From Alphaproteobacteria bacterium (GTDB lineage: Bacteria; Pseudomonadota; Alphaproteobacteria; MPNO01; UBA830): DNA of 64,000 nt. The notes beneath the pieces were generated by a model. That model was not told the DNA's origin. It did no database searches and worked only from the letters and a program-made list of their open reading frames with translations. Made by a program: the position numbers and the translations under genes. Shown piece after piece: positions 20,040 through 29,502 of the stretch. Position 1 is the first letter of the stretch. Every line of letters begins with the position of its first letter. The DNA is taken from contig OZ251539.1 of NCBI GenBank assembly GCA_965243135.1, positions 5,120,001-5,184,000 of the forward strand, in the 5' to 3' direction.

Positions 20040-20521
20040 GTAATGTTCTAAATCAAATCCGCGTAAGCGTGGACAAGGAGCATCTCACCGAATCGTGTGG
20101 AGAGGCGGGATGCAAGGTGTTCCTGACTGGCGTATCGTCGGATCGGGTTATCGTTGATGCGGAATCCGCCTTTCCGGCTTACGGTTTGAAAGGAAAACGG
20201 TGCGATTACGTTCTGTTCGTGACGAATTCCCAAGGGGAACTCGTTGCAGCGCCGATGGAACTCAAAAGCGGCAATGTGGACGCATCTGGAGCGGCAGACC
20301 AGTTGCAAGGCGGCGCAACATTCGCCGAACGATTTGCGCCCGAGAATCCGGCGACCGTTTGCTGTCCGCTTCTGTTCCATGGACGCTCCATCCACCCGAA
20401 GGAACGCAAAGCCCTCAGTCGCCAAAAGATCGAGTTTTGCGGGGAGAAAGTTATGATTAAGACGGCGCGGTGCAACCGCCCCCGAAATCTGGCGAATGCC
20501 TTGCTGAACGCCATGCCATAG
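20036..20521 (+). CDS. Small hypothetical protein with PD-(D/E)XK-like motif
   Basis: ATGA-coupled to the ATPase; RCDYVLF...MELKSG...A.DQL pattern resembles a restriction-endonuclease fold. Confidence 0.65.
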   Translation: MSNVLNQIRVSVDKEHLTESCGEAGCKVFLTGVSSDRVIVDAESAFPAYGLKGKRCDYVLFVTNSQGELVAAPMELKSGNVDASGAADQLQGGATFAERFAPENPATVCCPLLFHGRSIHPKERKALSRQKIEFCGEKVMIKTARCNRPRNLANALLNAMP

Positions 20522-20822
20522 CAAAACTTTCGAGGATCCCGGGGCCAGGACGAGCGAGGTTGTCCGCTGTTTCGCCGCGGCTGGCCTTGCAAGCGGCTGC
20601 GAACGGCTTGAAGCGCGACAACCGACCCGCCCTGCGGGAATGCGCTTGCCTTCGAGAACCTGTCACGCCGAGGCCGACGAAGGCTTCGCGCGCCGGGACA
20701 CGGTGCCCGCGGCGCGCGGCCGTCCGAGACGCGGACGCTCCCCGCTTGACCTCTCGAAAGTTCCTGACGCACTATTCGCGCCATACGCTCTACGCGAGCG
20801 ACGAACCGCCGTGAGGGAAGCC

Positions 20823-21674
20823 ATGAAACCGGCCCCATTCGCCTACGTCAGGGCGCGAACGCTCGAAGAAGTCTTCGACCTGCTGGAAAAGCACGGAGAC
20901 AGCGCGAAAATCCTCGCCGGCGGACAGAGCCTGATGGCGACGCTCAACATGCGCCTGTCAGCGCCCGGCCTCCTCGTCGACATCGGGCGGATCGACGGCC
21001 TCGCGGGAATCGAGGACGTCGGCGACGCGATCCGGATCGGCGCGACGACCCGCCATGCCGACGTCGAGGCGTCGGCGGAGGTCGCGGCGCATGCGCCGCT
21101 GATCGCGCTTGCGATGCCGCATGTCGCTCACCCCGCGATCCGCAATTTCGGCACCTTCGGCGGTTCGATCGCCTTCGCGGATCCCGCGGCCGAGTTGCCC
21201 GCGTGCGCGGTGGCGCTCGGCGCGCGAATGCTGATCGCGGGAAAGGAGGGCGAGCGCGCGGTCGACGCGGATTCCTTCTTCCGCGGGCTTTACGAGACGG
21301 CGATAGAACCCGGCGAAATCCTCGCGGCGGTCGAGATTCCCAAAACCTCCCCCGACCGGAAGCCGGGCTTCATGGAACTGGCGCGCCGTCACGGCGATTA
21401 CGCCATCATCGGCCTTGCGGCCGACGCGGAAGTGGACGGCGGCGCGTTCGGCGATGCGAGGCTGGCGTTCTTCGGCGCGGGGGACCGGCCGGTTGCGGCG
21501 CGCCGAACCGCCGCGCTGCTCAGGGGACGGCCCTGGTCGGAGGAACTCGCGGCGCAGATTGCCGACTCGCTGAAGGACGAACTCGACCCGCCCGAAGACC
21601 TCAACGCGGACGGCGCGATGCGCAGGCACCTTGCCGGCGTCCTCGCGAAGCGGACGCTGGGTCCGATGGCCTGA
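20823..21674 (+). CDS. Xanthine dehydrogenase family FAD subunit (CoxM-like)
   Basis: MKPAPFAY, AGGQSL, IRNFGTFGGS, ADPAAELP, RRHGDYA. Confidence 0.9.
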   Translation: MKPAPFAYVRARTLEEVFDLLEKHGDSAKILAGGQSLMATLNMRLSAPGLLVDIGRIDGLAGIEDVGDAIRIGATTRHADVEASAEVAAHAPLIALAMPHVAHPAIRNFGTFGGSIAFADPAAELPACAVALGARMLIAGKEGERAVDADSFFRGLYETAIEPGEILAAVEIPKTSPDRKPGFMELARRHGDYAIIGLAADAEVDGGAFGDARLAFFGAGDRPVAARRTAALLRGRPWSEELAAQIADSLKDELDPPEDLNADGAMRRHLAGVLAKRTLGPMA

Positions 21675-21685
21675 GGAGAAAACCG

Positions 21686-22168
21686 GTGGACAAGACGATC
21701 AATATCTCGATGCAGGTCAACGGCGAGACGGTCGAACGCCGGGTCGAGGCGCGCACGAACCTCGTGGACTTCCTTCGCTACGAACTCGGCCTGACCGGCA
21801 GCCATGTCGGTTGCGAACACGGCGTGTGCGGCGCCTGCACGGTTCGAGTCGACGGGCGCATCGCGCGCGGATGCCTGATGGTCGCGGCGCAGGCCGACGG
21901 CGCCGACGTGTGGACCATCGAAGGCGTCAGCGACAGCGGCGAAATACAGCATCTCCAGGACGCCTTCGTCGAGCGCAACGCGTTGCAGTGCGGCTACTGC
22001 ACGCCGGGCATGTTGCTGACCGCGGCCGAACTCATCGAGACCCGGCCGGAAGCGAGCCGCGAGGAAATCCGCGCGTACCTTGCCGGAAACTACTGCCGCT
22101 GCACGGGCTATCAGGCCATCGTGGACGCGGTCGAGATGGCGCGGGCGCGCCGGGGAGAACCGTCATGA
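21686..22168 (+). CDS. Xanthine dehydrogenase family [2Fe-2S] subunit (CoxS-like)
   Basis: GAGGAG RBS, GCEHGVCGACT, QCGYCTPG, CRCTGY. Confidence 0.9.
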   Translation: MDKTINISMQVNGETVERRVEARTNLVDFLRYELGLTGSHVGCEHGVCGACTVRVDGRIARGCLMVAAQADGADVWTIEGVSDSGEIQHLQDAFVERNALQCGYCTPGMLLTAAELIETRPEASREEIRAYLAGNYCRCTGYQAIVDAVEMARARRGEPS

Positions 22169-24537
22169 CGGACAACTGGATTCTGGATCGCCCGAACTCC
22201 TACATCGGGCGCTCTGTGCCGCGCCCGAACGCGCCGCGCCTCGCGCGCGGACGCGGCGCGTTCGTCGACGACATCGAGATCGGACGGACGGCGCATGTCG
22301 CCTACCTGCGGTCGCCTCACGCCCACGCCCGCATGCGTTCGATCGACGCCGCTCGGGCGAAGGCGGCGAAGGGCGTGATCGCGGTTGTCGCGGGGAGGGA
22401 ACTCGCCGAAATTCACGACCCCTGGATCGGGGTGCTGACGCATCTCGAAGGCCTGAAATCTGCGCCGCAATACGCCCTGCCGCTCGAAAAGGCGACCTGG
22501 CAGGGCGAGGCGGTGGTCGCCGTCGTCGCCGAGAGCCGGGCGCTGGCGGAGGACGCGGCGGCGCTGATCGAGGTCGACTGGGAGGTCCTGCCGACGGTCG
22601 CCGACGCCGAGACCGCTCTCGACGGCGCGACGCCGGTCATTCACGAAAGCCTGGGCGACAATCTCGCATGGCGCCGCAAGGCGGAATTCGGCGACATCGA
22701 GGCGGCCTACGCCGAGGCCGACCATATCGTCGAGGAGACCTTCGTATTCGGCCGCCACACCGGCGTATGCCTCGAGCCGCGCGCAATACTGGCGGACTGG
22801 AATCCGGGGGATGAACAGTTGACCGTGTGGCACAACACCCAATGCCCGCACATGGTCCAGAACATCCTGGCGACGCATTACCGGTTGCCGGAGCATCGCG
22901 TCAGGGTCATCGCGCGCGACGTCGGCGGCTCCTTCGGAATCAAGGTGCATACCTACGCCGACGAGATCGCGACCGTCGGCCTCTCTCTTCTGCTCAAGCG
23001 TCCGGTGAAGTTCGTCGCCGACCGCATGGAGAGTTTCGTTTCCGACATTCATGCGCGCGACCACCGCGTGAAAGGCAAGATAGCGGTCAAGGACGACGGC
23101 CGCATCGTCGCCTTCGAAATAGACGATCTGACCGGCATCGGCCCCTATTCGATGTATCCACGCACCAGCGGCATCGAGGCGAACCAGATCGTCAACATGA
23201 TCGGCGGCCCTTACGCTTTCGACAACTATCGCGCGGTGGCGACGGTGGTTTTCCAGAACAAGAACATGATGTGCCAGTACCGCGCCGTGGGCCATCCGAT
23301 CAAATGCGCGGTGACGGAGGGACTGGTCGATTCCGCCGCCCGGGCTGTGGCCATGGACCCGGCGGAGTTCCGCCGGCGGAATCTTCGGGCGGACGATTCC
23401 TATCCCTGCAAGTCGGCGCAGGGAATGCCGTTCGAGAATCTCTCGCATCACGAAAGTCTGGACAAGCTGCTGAAGGCGATGGACTACGATGCGCTCAGGG
23501 CCGAGCGCGACGCCCTGCGCGGCGAGGGCGTTCATCGCGGCATCGGCTTCGCGAGCTTCATCGAGGTCACCAATCCGTCCGCCATGTTTTACGGCGTGGG
23601 CGGCGCCCGGATCTCCGCGCAGGACGGCGCGACGATGCGCCTCGACGCGAAAGGCAACGTGTTCGTCGCGACAGGCGCGACGGAGCAGGGGCAGGGAATG
23701 GAAGCGGTCATCTCCCAAGTCGCCGCCACCGCCGTCGGCGTATCTCCGGACCGTCTCAAGATCGTCACGGGAGACACCGAGCATACGCCCTACGGCGGCG
23801 GAACGTGGGCGTCGCGCGCCGCCGGCATCGGCGGCGAGGCGGTGGCCCAAGCCGGCCGCGCGTTGCGGCAGCAGATTCTCGCCGCGGCCGCCGCGATGCT
23901 GCAGGAAGACGCGTCGCGGCTCGACATCCGGGCCGGCGTCGTCGTGGACGCCGACAGCGGAGCGGAACGCATCGGCCTCGACGAGATCGGGCGCATCTGC
24001 TACTATCGGCCCGATACGCTCCCGGACGGATTCCAGTCGGAGCTCGTGGCGACCCGGCATTACGTGCCGCGGAAGTTTCCGTTCGCTTTCACGAACGGCG
24101 CGCAGGCCTCCTACCTCGAGGTCGACGCGGAAACGGGGTTCGTCACGCTGCTCAACCACTGGTGCATCGAGGACTGCGGCACGGTGATCAACCCGCTGCT
24201 GGTGGACGAGCAGATCCGGGGCGGCGTGGTGCAGGGCATCGGCGGCGCGTTGTGGGAGGAATGCGTCTACGACGGCGCGGGACAGATGCTCAATGCGAAC
24301 ATGGCGGATTACCTCGTGCCGATGGCGGCCGAACTTCCGGACATCGAGTGCGGCCACGCGGTTTCGCCGACCGCCGATTCCGATCTCGGCGCCAAGGGCG
24401 CGGGAGAGGCCGGCACCTGCGGCGCGCCGGCGGCGATCATGAACGCCCTGAACGACGCGCTATCGCCGTTCGACGCCCGGCTGACCGACATGCCGTTCAC
24501 GCCGAAGAAAGTGCTGCGGGCGCTTGGAAAGATATAG
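22165..24537 (+). CDS. Xanthine dehydrogenase family molybdopterin subunit (CoxL-like, not CO dehydrogenase)
   Basis: VGGSFGIK, active-site loop QYRAVG, GQG, GGTWASR, GAKGAGEAG. Confidence 0.88.
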   Translation: MTDNWILDRPNSYIGRSVPRPNAPRLARGRGAFVDDIEIGRTAHVAYLRSPHAHARMRSIDAARAKAAKGVIAVVAGRELAEIHDPWIGVLTHLEGLKSAPQYALPLEKATWQGEAVVAVVAESRALAEDAAALIEVDWEVLPTVADAETALDGATPVIHESLGDNLAWRRKAEFGDIEAAYAEADHIVEETFVFGRHTGVCLEPRAILADWNPGDEQLTVWHNTQCPHMVQNILATHYRLPEHRVRVIARDVGGSFGIKVHTYADEIATVGLSLLLKRPVKFVADRMESFVSDIHARDHRVKGKIAVKDDGRIVAFEIDDLTGIGPYSMYPRTSGIEANQIVNMIGGPYAFDNYRAVATVVFQNKNMMCQYRAVGHPIKCAVTEGLVDSAARAVAMDPAEFRRRNLRADDSYPCKSAQGMPFENLSHHESLDKLLKAMDYDALRAERDALRGEGVHRGIGFASFIEVTNPSAMFYGVGGARISAQDGATMRLDAKGNVFVATGATEQGQGMEAVISQVAATAVGVSPDRLKIVTGDTEHTPYGGGTWASRAAGIGGEAVAQAGRALRQQILAAAAAMLQEDASRLDIRAGVVVDADSGAERIGLDEIGRICYYRPDTLPDGFQSELVATRHYVPRKFPFAFTNGAQASYLEVDAETGFVTLLNHWCIEDCGTVINPLLVDEQIRGGVVQGIGGALWEECVYDGAGQMLNANMADYLVPMAAELPDIECGHAVSPTADSDLGAKGAGEAGTCGAPAAIMNALNDALSPFDARLTDMPFTPKKVLRALGKI

Positions 24538-24709
24538 GGACGGTCGTCTACCTCGCCACAGAGGCCACCTGCGGAGTTGATGGGGCCGGTTTTGGCCGCG
24601 GATCCGCTCGGGGGCACGAGGCTGCGCGGTCTCCGGACACGTGGACGAGAGTCGCCGCTTTGGCTGACCTCCACACGCAAATCTTGGCTGTCAGCGGGGA
24701 AGCCGCCAG

Positions 24710-26224
24710 TTACATGCCCCAGATCTCGACGTTCGATTCCGTGCGGCGGAAAACCTTCTCGCTCCAAGGCTTCTTCTCGTCGCGGTCGAAGATCACCAGG
24801 TGGCCCGTCTCCGCCGCGCAGCGGTCCATGTAGCCCGCAACCTGCTCCAGTCCCGCGGCGACCGTCGCCTCCAGGCTCCCGCGCAACATCTTGCACTCGA
24901 CCACGAACTTCTGCTCGCTGCCGCCCTTCGGCCAGACGATCAGCAGGTCGACGCGCCCCCGGCCCAGCCCGAACTCCCGCCCGCCCGCCGCCGTTGAGCA
25001 CCCGTTGCAGAAACGCCTGCAACAGAAGCTGAGGCCAAGCCTCCGGGTACGCGAAGCGGTCCTTCCAGTGATTCTCGCGGAAGAACGTCTGGAACGCCGC
25101 CATTCGCCGCGTCGAGGCCGCCGCCGGCGCCGACGTACCAGGCCCTGCCTGAGCGCCGCCTGCGCCTTCCAGGTCAGTTCGCGCGGAATCACCTCGGCGT
25201 AGACCGGATTGGCGATGCGGAGCGGTCCGTCCTTCGCGAGCAGGCCCAGATCCCGCGCGTATTCGATGTCCCGGTCGGCGACGGCGCTCTCGTCTCCGCC
25301 GGCGAGGATCGGCTCGATCACCTGCCGGACGCGCTCCTCCTCCAGCCTGTACGCCAACTGGTCCAGGTGAGTCACCCGGCTCAGGATGAGCCGCTCCCGC
25401 GCGTCGGCGATTTCGCTGTCCGTCACGGCGCGCGAGCGGTCGCGCCCCGCCTCGCTCTCGAAGCAGGTTTCCCGGGCCAGCGCGTTCACCAGCCACGGCT
25501 GGCCGAGGGTCTGCTCCCACACCGCCTCCTGCGCCTCCGCCGTGAACGCCTGCCCCGTCTCGGCGGTATGCTGACCGAGCAGCGCCAGCGTCTCCTCCCG
25601 GCTGAAGTCTCTCAGCCGCAGCGACTTCGCGACGATGTTGAAGGGGCTGACGGTCGGGTCGATGCGGCAGTCGCGCACGTCCCGCATCCCGCACAGCACC
25701 ACGCTTTGCGGAAAGCCTCCCGGACGCTTGGGGTAGCCCGCGCGCAACTGTCGGAGCACCGAGAGCAGCGATCCGACCTGCAAGGCGTCGATCTCGTCGA
25801 TCAGCAGCACGAGCGGCTTCGGCGACGCTCGGGACCAGCGCGCCAACGCCTCCATCAACGCGTGGTCGGGAACCGAATCGGCAAGAATGCCGCGCCAAGT
25901 GTTGGACAGAAACGGATCGTCGAGTTCCGACCGCGCCTCGAATGCCAGATTGGCGAGCACCGTCCCTATTGCTCTCTCCAAGTCTTGGCCAGCGGTGCTC
26001 GCCCCCTCGACGGTGGCGTACAGGCAATGGTAGCCTTGTCCGCTTAGTAGATCCTGCAGGGCGATCAGTACGGAAGTCTTGCCCGTCTGCCTCGGGGCAT
26101 GCAGCACGAAATACTTTTCGTCCCGAACGAGCCGCAGCACCTCGTCTATGTCCAGACGTTCCAGCGCCGGGATGCAATAGTGCTTTTCGGGCTTGATCGG
26201 CCCCTCGGTATTGAAGAAGCGCAT
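24710..26224 (-). pseudogene. AAA ATPase + PD-(D/E)XK nuclease-like protein with compensating frameshifts in the C-terminal third
   Basis: MRFFNTEGP, HAPRQTGKT, LLIDEIDAL, SPFNI; the expected WYV..GGLD / FQTFFRE..PQLLLQAFLQRVLNGGG / EFGLGRGRVDL..VVECK blocks are spread over three frames between ~25150 and 24970. Confidence 0.8.
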
Positions 26225-26799
26225 GGTCGGGCGGCTTTCGCTACGCTGCCGGACGACGATAGCCCGAAAAGTCGAGGGATGGCAGGCGTGTTCGCGCGGG
26301 CCGCTCATAGATTGATCGCGGCGTTGTCGGCGTCGAGCGCGATGACCGCCACTCCCGAGGCGACCGCGAAGCCGAACAGGGCGGCGTCCCTGCGCAATCC
26401 CTGCCCGGCCGGCCGGCCGTCAACCGAAGAGGGAGCAACGCAATGACCGTGATCTCCGCGCCAGAAGGACCGAGCCGGAAAGGCGAACCTCGCCCACGCG
26501 TCGCAGTGGCCGTAACGAACTCCGAGGCGGCCAAGCGCGTCGGCAAGGCTGAATGCGCAGGGCGTGGAGGTCGTCGACAGCGGTGAAGCCATGCGAACCG
26601 TGGACTGCCTCTGTCGTCATCGGCGGAAAAGACAGCTTGCGATCCGGCGAACTGCCCCTAGACGTCGCCACGTTTCGGTGCGCCGATGGCGAATTCCAGT
26701 TCCTCCGTCGGCGCGCTTGGCTGCGTATTTCCAAGCAGGGCGAACAACCGGGCGGGAGAGGTCGGCTGGCGCGGTCGTACGAGCAGCGGTTTACCGAGG

Positions 26800-26832
26800 A
26801 AAAAAAAGAAGCCGCGCCCGTCGGGCGCGGCT
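26800..26832 (-). terminator. Rho-independent terminator of the NHLP-fusion gene
   Basis: AGCCGCGCCCG-t-CGGGCGCGGCT hairpin followed on the - strand by a T-rich tract, directly at the stop codon. Confidence 0.85.
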
Positions 26833-27454
26833 ATCCGAGCCAGCGGTTGGTCAGGCGCCTGACCATGCCGGCGTAGACGTCGAGGGCCGCGTCGCCGTCG
26901 CCGTTGCCGATCGCCGCGACGGCGGCATCGATCCGCTCGCCGATCCAGTCCCAGTCGGCGTGATCGGCGGGGATCACCGCGACGATCGAGGGCGCCGTCT
27001 CGTAGTAGGCCGCGACCATCTCACGGCGCTCCTCCGTCTCCGACATGTAGCCGTCGCGGAAGCCCCGCAGCGCCGACAGCGTCGGACCGTCGTCCGCCTC
27101 GCCGCGGAGCCCCGCCACCGCCGTGGTCAGGAAGCAGTCGCCGCTCCGGGAACGTTGTATAAGGTTGTCCAGGTTGGCGGCCCACTCTTCGTACGTCATG
27201 TACGACGTGCCGCCAACGACGACGCCGAGATCGTCGTCCGACATCGTGCGGTTGGGGTCGGGCGGGGCCACCACGTGGATCGTGTCCTCGCTGTTCACCG
27301 CGAGGCGCACGTCGACGCCGCTCGGAATCTCAATTCCGTGCTCGGCCAGCGCCGCCTTCGGGTCCGCCTCCATTCGCGAGCGGAACTCGGGGTCACCGCG
27401 CCAACTCTCCTCCATCTCCGCCCAGCGGCCGCCGTCCGTCTTCTCGTTCGTCAT
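26831..27454 (-). CDS. NHLP-leader peptide fused to a CFI-box-CTERM-like domain (207 aa)
   Basis: AGGAG RBS; aa 1-82 SWRGDPEFRSRMEADPKAALAEHGIEIPSGVDVRL.VNSEDTIHVVAPP....MSDDDLGVVVGG; aa 107 onward CFLTTA..DDGPTL.ALRGFRDGY..V.AYY.TAP.IV; own terminator. Confidence 0.85.
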   Translation of the reverse strand: MTNEKTDGGRWAEMEESWRGDPEFRSRMEADPKAALAEHGIEIPSGVDVRLAVNSEDTIHVVAPPDPNRTMSDDDLGVVVGGTSYMTYEEWAANLDNLIQRSRSGDCFLTTAVAGLRGEADDGPTLSALRGFRDGYMSETEERREMVAAYYETAPSIVAVIPADHADWDWIGERIDAAVAAIGNGDGDAALDVYAGMVRRLTNRWLG

Positions 27455-27511
27455 TTTTCTCGTCTCCTGTTCCTTGGGCCATTCCGCCCGCAAGCGGATC
27501 CCTACACTAGC

Positions 27512-27522
27512 GGGGGGGGGGG
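27512..27522. repeat. G11 homopolymer upstream of the NHLP-fusion gene
   Basis: ctagc-GGGGGGGGGGG-caaaa. Confidence 0.85.
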
Positions 27523-27948
27523 CAAAACCCTAATTTCGCGAATCGCGCGCCGGGACGAGCGCCGCTGGCGACGGTCCCGAGCGGTGCCGAAGCGCCCCGG
27601 ACCTGCCGTTGCCCTCGGCCGGACGACGGCGGCGCGGCTCAAAATAGAAATCGACGATCTTCTTCCCACGGAGGGCGATAAAAAAGGTCTGGAAGAACAT
27701 CGACGGGGCCAGGCGCGTCGCTTCGCTGTCGGCGTTTGAATCTCTGCAGTCCGGCTTCGTTGGATCGACGTGCCGACGGACGGCGCGTTCCGCAACAAGA
27801 AAGAGGCGCGCAAAGTCGCCGAGGAGCTATGCCGTTTCGACGAATAGGCAAAGACCAATAGCGACGGCTCGCCATGGGAAGTCGCCGTTCGCGAACGCGC
27901 GACTTCGACACGTCGGAACGCTATGACGAGTGGCGGAAAAAAGCTGCG

Positions 27949-28051
27949 GCGCCGTTCGTCGAACACCGCCCGGAATTTTCCGTCAGAGGCTGGCAAGGCT
28001 CACATAAGCGCAGCGCCGTTCGTCGAACACCGCCCGAACTCTCCGTCAGAG
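27949..28051. repeat. Two ~40-bp imperfect direct repeats, 64-bp period
   Basis: gcgccgttcgtcgaacaccgcccggaattttccgtcagag (27949) and gcgccgttcgtcgaacaccgcccgaactctccgtcagag (28013). Confidence 0.85.
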
Positions 28052-28188
28052 CCGAACTCGCCGCTGAAGAATGGAAAAATGTCGGCGACAGGCCCGCTCT
28101 CCAAGCATGGCTTCTCATCGCTGCCGAGGACCGACGACTGTACGGAGCGCACCGCACCGGACCGAGCCATGGGTCGGCGCGCGGCGGA

Positions 28189-29502
28189 TCACAGCAGTCC
28201 CGGCGCCCACAAGGCGACGGCCGGAAAACCCACGATCGTCGCGAGGCGGAAAAAATCGCTGACGACGAACGGCATCACGCCCTTGAACGTCTCGATCAGA
28301 TCGACGTCCTCGGCCAGGGAATTGATAACGTAAACGTTCAACCCTACCGGCGGCGTGATCAATCCGGTTTCCACCACGCTCAGGACCAGGATCCCGAACC
28401 AGATGGCCTTGGCTTCCATCGACATGCCGAGGTCGAGTCCGAGAACGATCGGAAGAAACACCGGCACCGTGATCAGGATCATGGCCAGTCCGTCCATCAC
28501 TGCGCCCAGAAGGATGTAGATGACGAGGATCAGCGCGATCACGGCGAACGGCGACAACTCGCTCCCGGCGACCATCCCGGCGATGCGCTCGGGCAGTTCC
28601 GACAGCGCCATGAACGAACCGTAGATTTCGGCTCCGATCAGGATGAGGTAGATCATGCCGGTCGTTTTGGCGGTGCCGATCAACGACTCCTTGAACCCCT
28701 CCCACGTCATGCGGCGAAACAGGGCGACGACGCCGGTGCAGGCCGCGCCCACCGCGGCCCCCTCGGTCGGCGTGAAGACCCCGCGGTAGATGCCGCCGAT
28801 CACGATCAGGAATATGGCCGCCACCGGCCAGACGTATTTCAGGCTTTCCAGCCGCGCGCGCCAGGTCGCGCGTTCGTCCGACGGGCCGGCCTCGGGCCGG
28901 ATCCGGACGAAGATCCAGACTGCGGCGACGTAATACAGCGTCGCGATCATGCCGGGGAAAAAGGCCGCGAGGAACAGATCGCCGATCGACTGTTCGGTGA
29001 TGATCGCGTAGATCACGAGGATGATCGACGGCGGGATGAGGATGCCCAGCGTTCCGCCGGCGGCAAGGCACCCCGTCGACAACGCGCCGGAATATCCGAG
29101 CTTGCGCATCTCCGGCAGCGCGACGCTGGCCATGGTCGCGCCGGTCGCGATGGAGGATCCGCAGATGGCGCCGAACGCCGCGCAGCCGCCGATCGTCGCT
29201 ACCGCGATGCCGCCGCGGCGGTGGCCGAACCACGCCCTCGCCGAGCGAAACAGAACCGCGCCCAGCCCGGAATGCATCGCCAGTTGGCCCATGAAAACGA
29301 ACAAGGGGATGACCGAAAGGGAATAACTGGCCGTCCGGCCGACTGGCGCGCCTTCGAGCCAGACGAGAAACTGCTCGAAACTCGTAACGTGAATCATGCC
29401 GACCGCGCCCACGGTGAACAGGGCGATGGCGACCGGCATGCGCAGCGCGATCAGCGCCAGCAGCGCGGCGAACATGAGAACGGCGAGATCGGGACCGCTC
29501 AT
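28189..29502 (-). CDS. TRAP transporter large permease (DctM)
   Basis: IPLFVFMG, CGSSIAT, GTLGILIPPS, FTPTE, GLITPPVGLN. Confidence 0.92.
   Translation of the reverse strand: MSGPDLAVLMFAALLALIALRMPVAIALFTVGAVGMIHVTSFEQFLVWLEGAPVGRTASYSLSVIPLFVFMGQLAMHSGLGAVLFRSARAWFGHRRGGIAVATIGGCAAFGAICGSSIATGATMASVALPEMRKLGYSGALSTGCLAAGGTLGILIPPSIILVIYAIITEQSIGDLFLAAFFPGMIATLYYVAAVWIFVRIRPEAGPSDERATWRARLESLKYVWPVAAIFLIVIGGIYRGVFTPTEGAAVGAACTGVVALFRRMTWEGFKESLIGTAKTTGMIYLILIGAEIYGSFMALSELPERIAGMVAGSELSPFAVIALILVIYILLGAVMDGLAMILITVPVFLPIVLGLDLGMSMEAKAIWFGILVLSVVETGLITPPVGLNVYVINSLAEDVDLIETFKGVMPFVVSDFFRLATIVGFPAVALWAPGLL

Noticed and set aside
20823-24537. Aerobic CO dehydrogenase (coxMSL)
   Set aside because: Lacks the AYxCSFR Cu-binding motif and no cox accessory genes are present
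26831-27454. Nitrile hydratase alpha subunit
   Set aside because: No CxxCSC metal-binding motif and no beta subunit; similarity is limited to the leader-like part ending in GG
27883-28051. CRISPR array
   Set aside because: Only two good repeat copies, which are not identical, a ~24-nt spacer and no cas genes; kept only as an unexplained repeat
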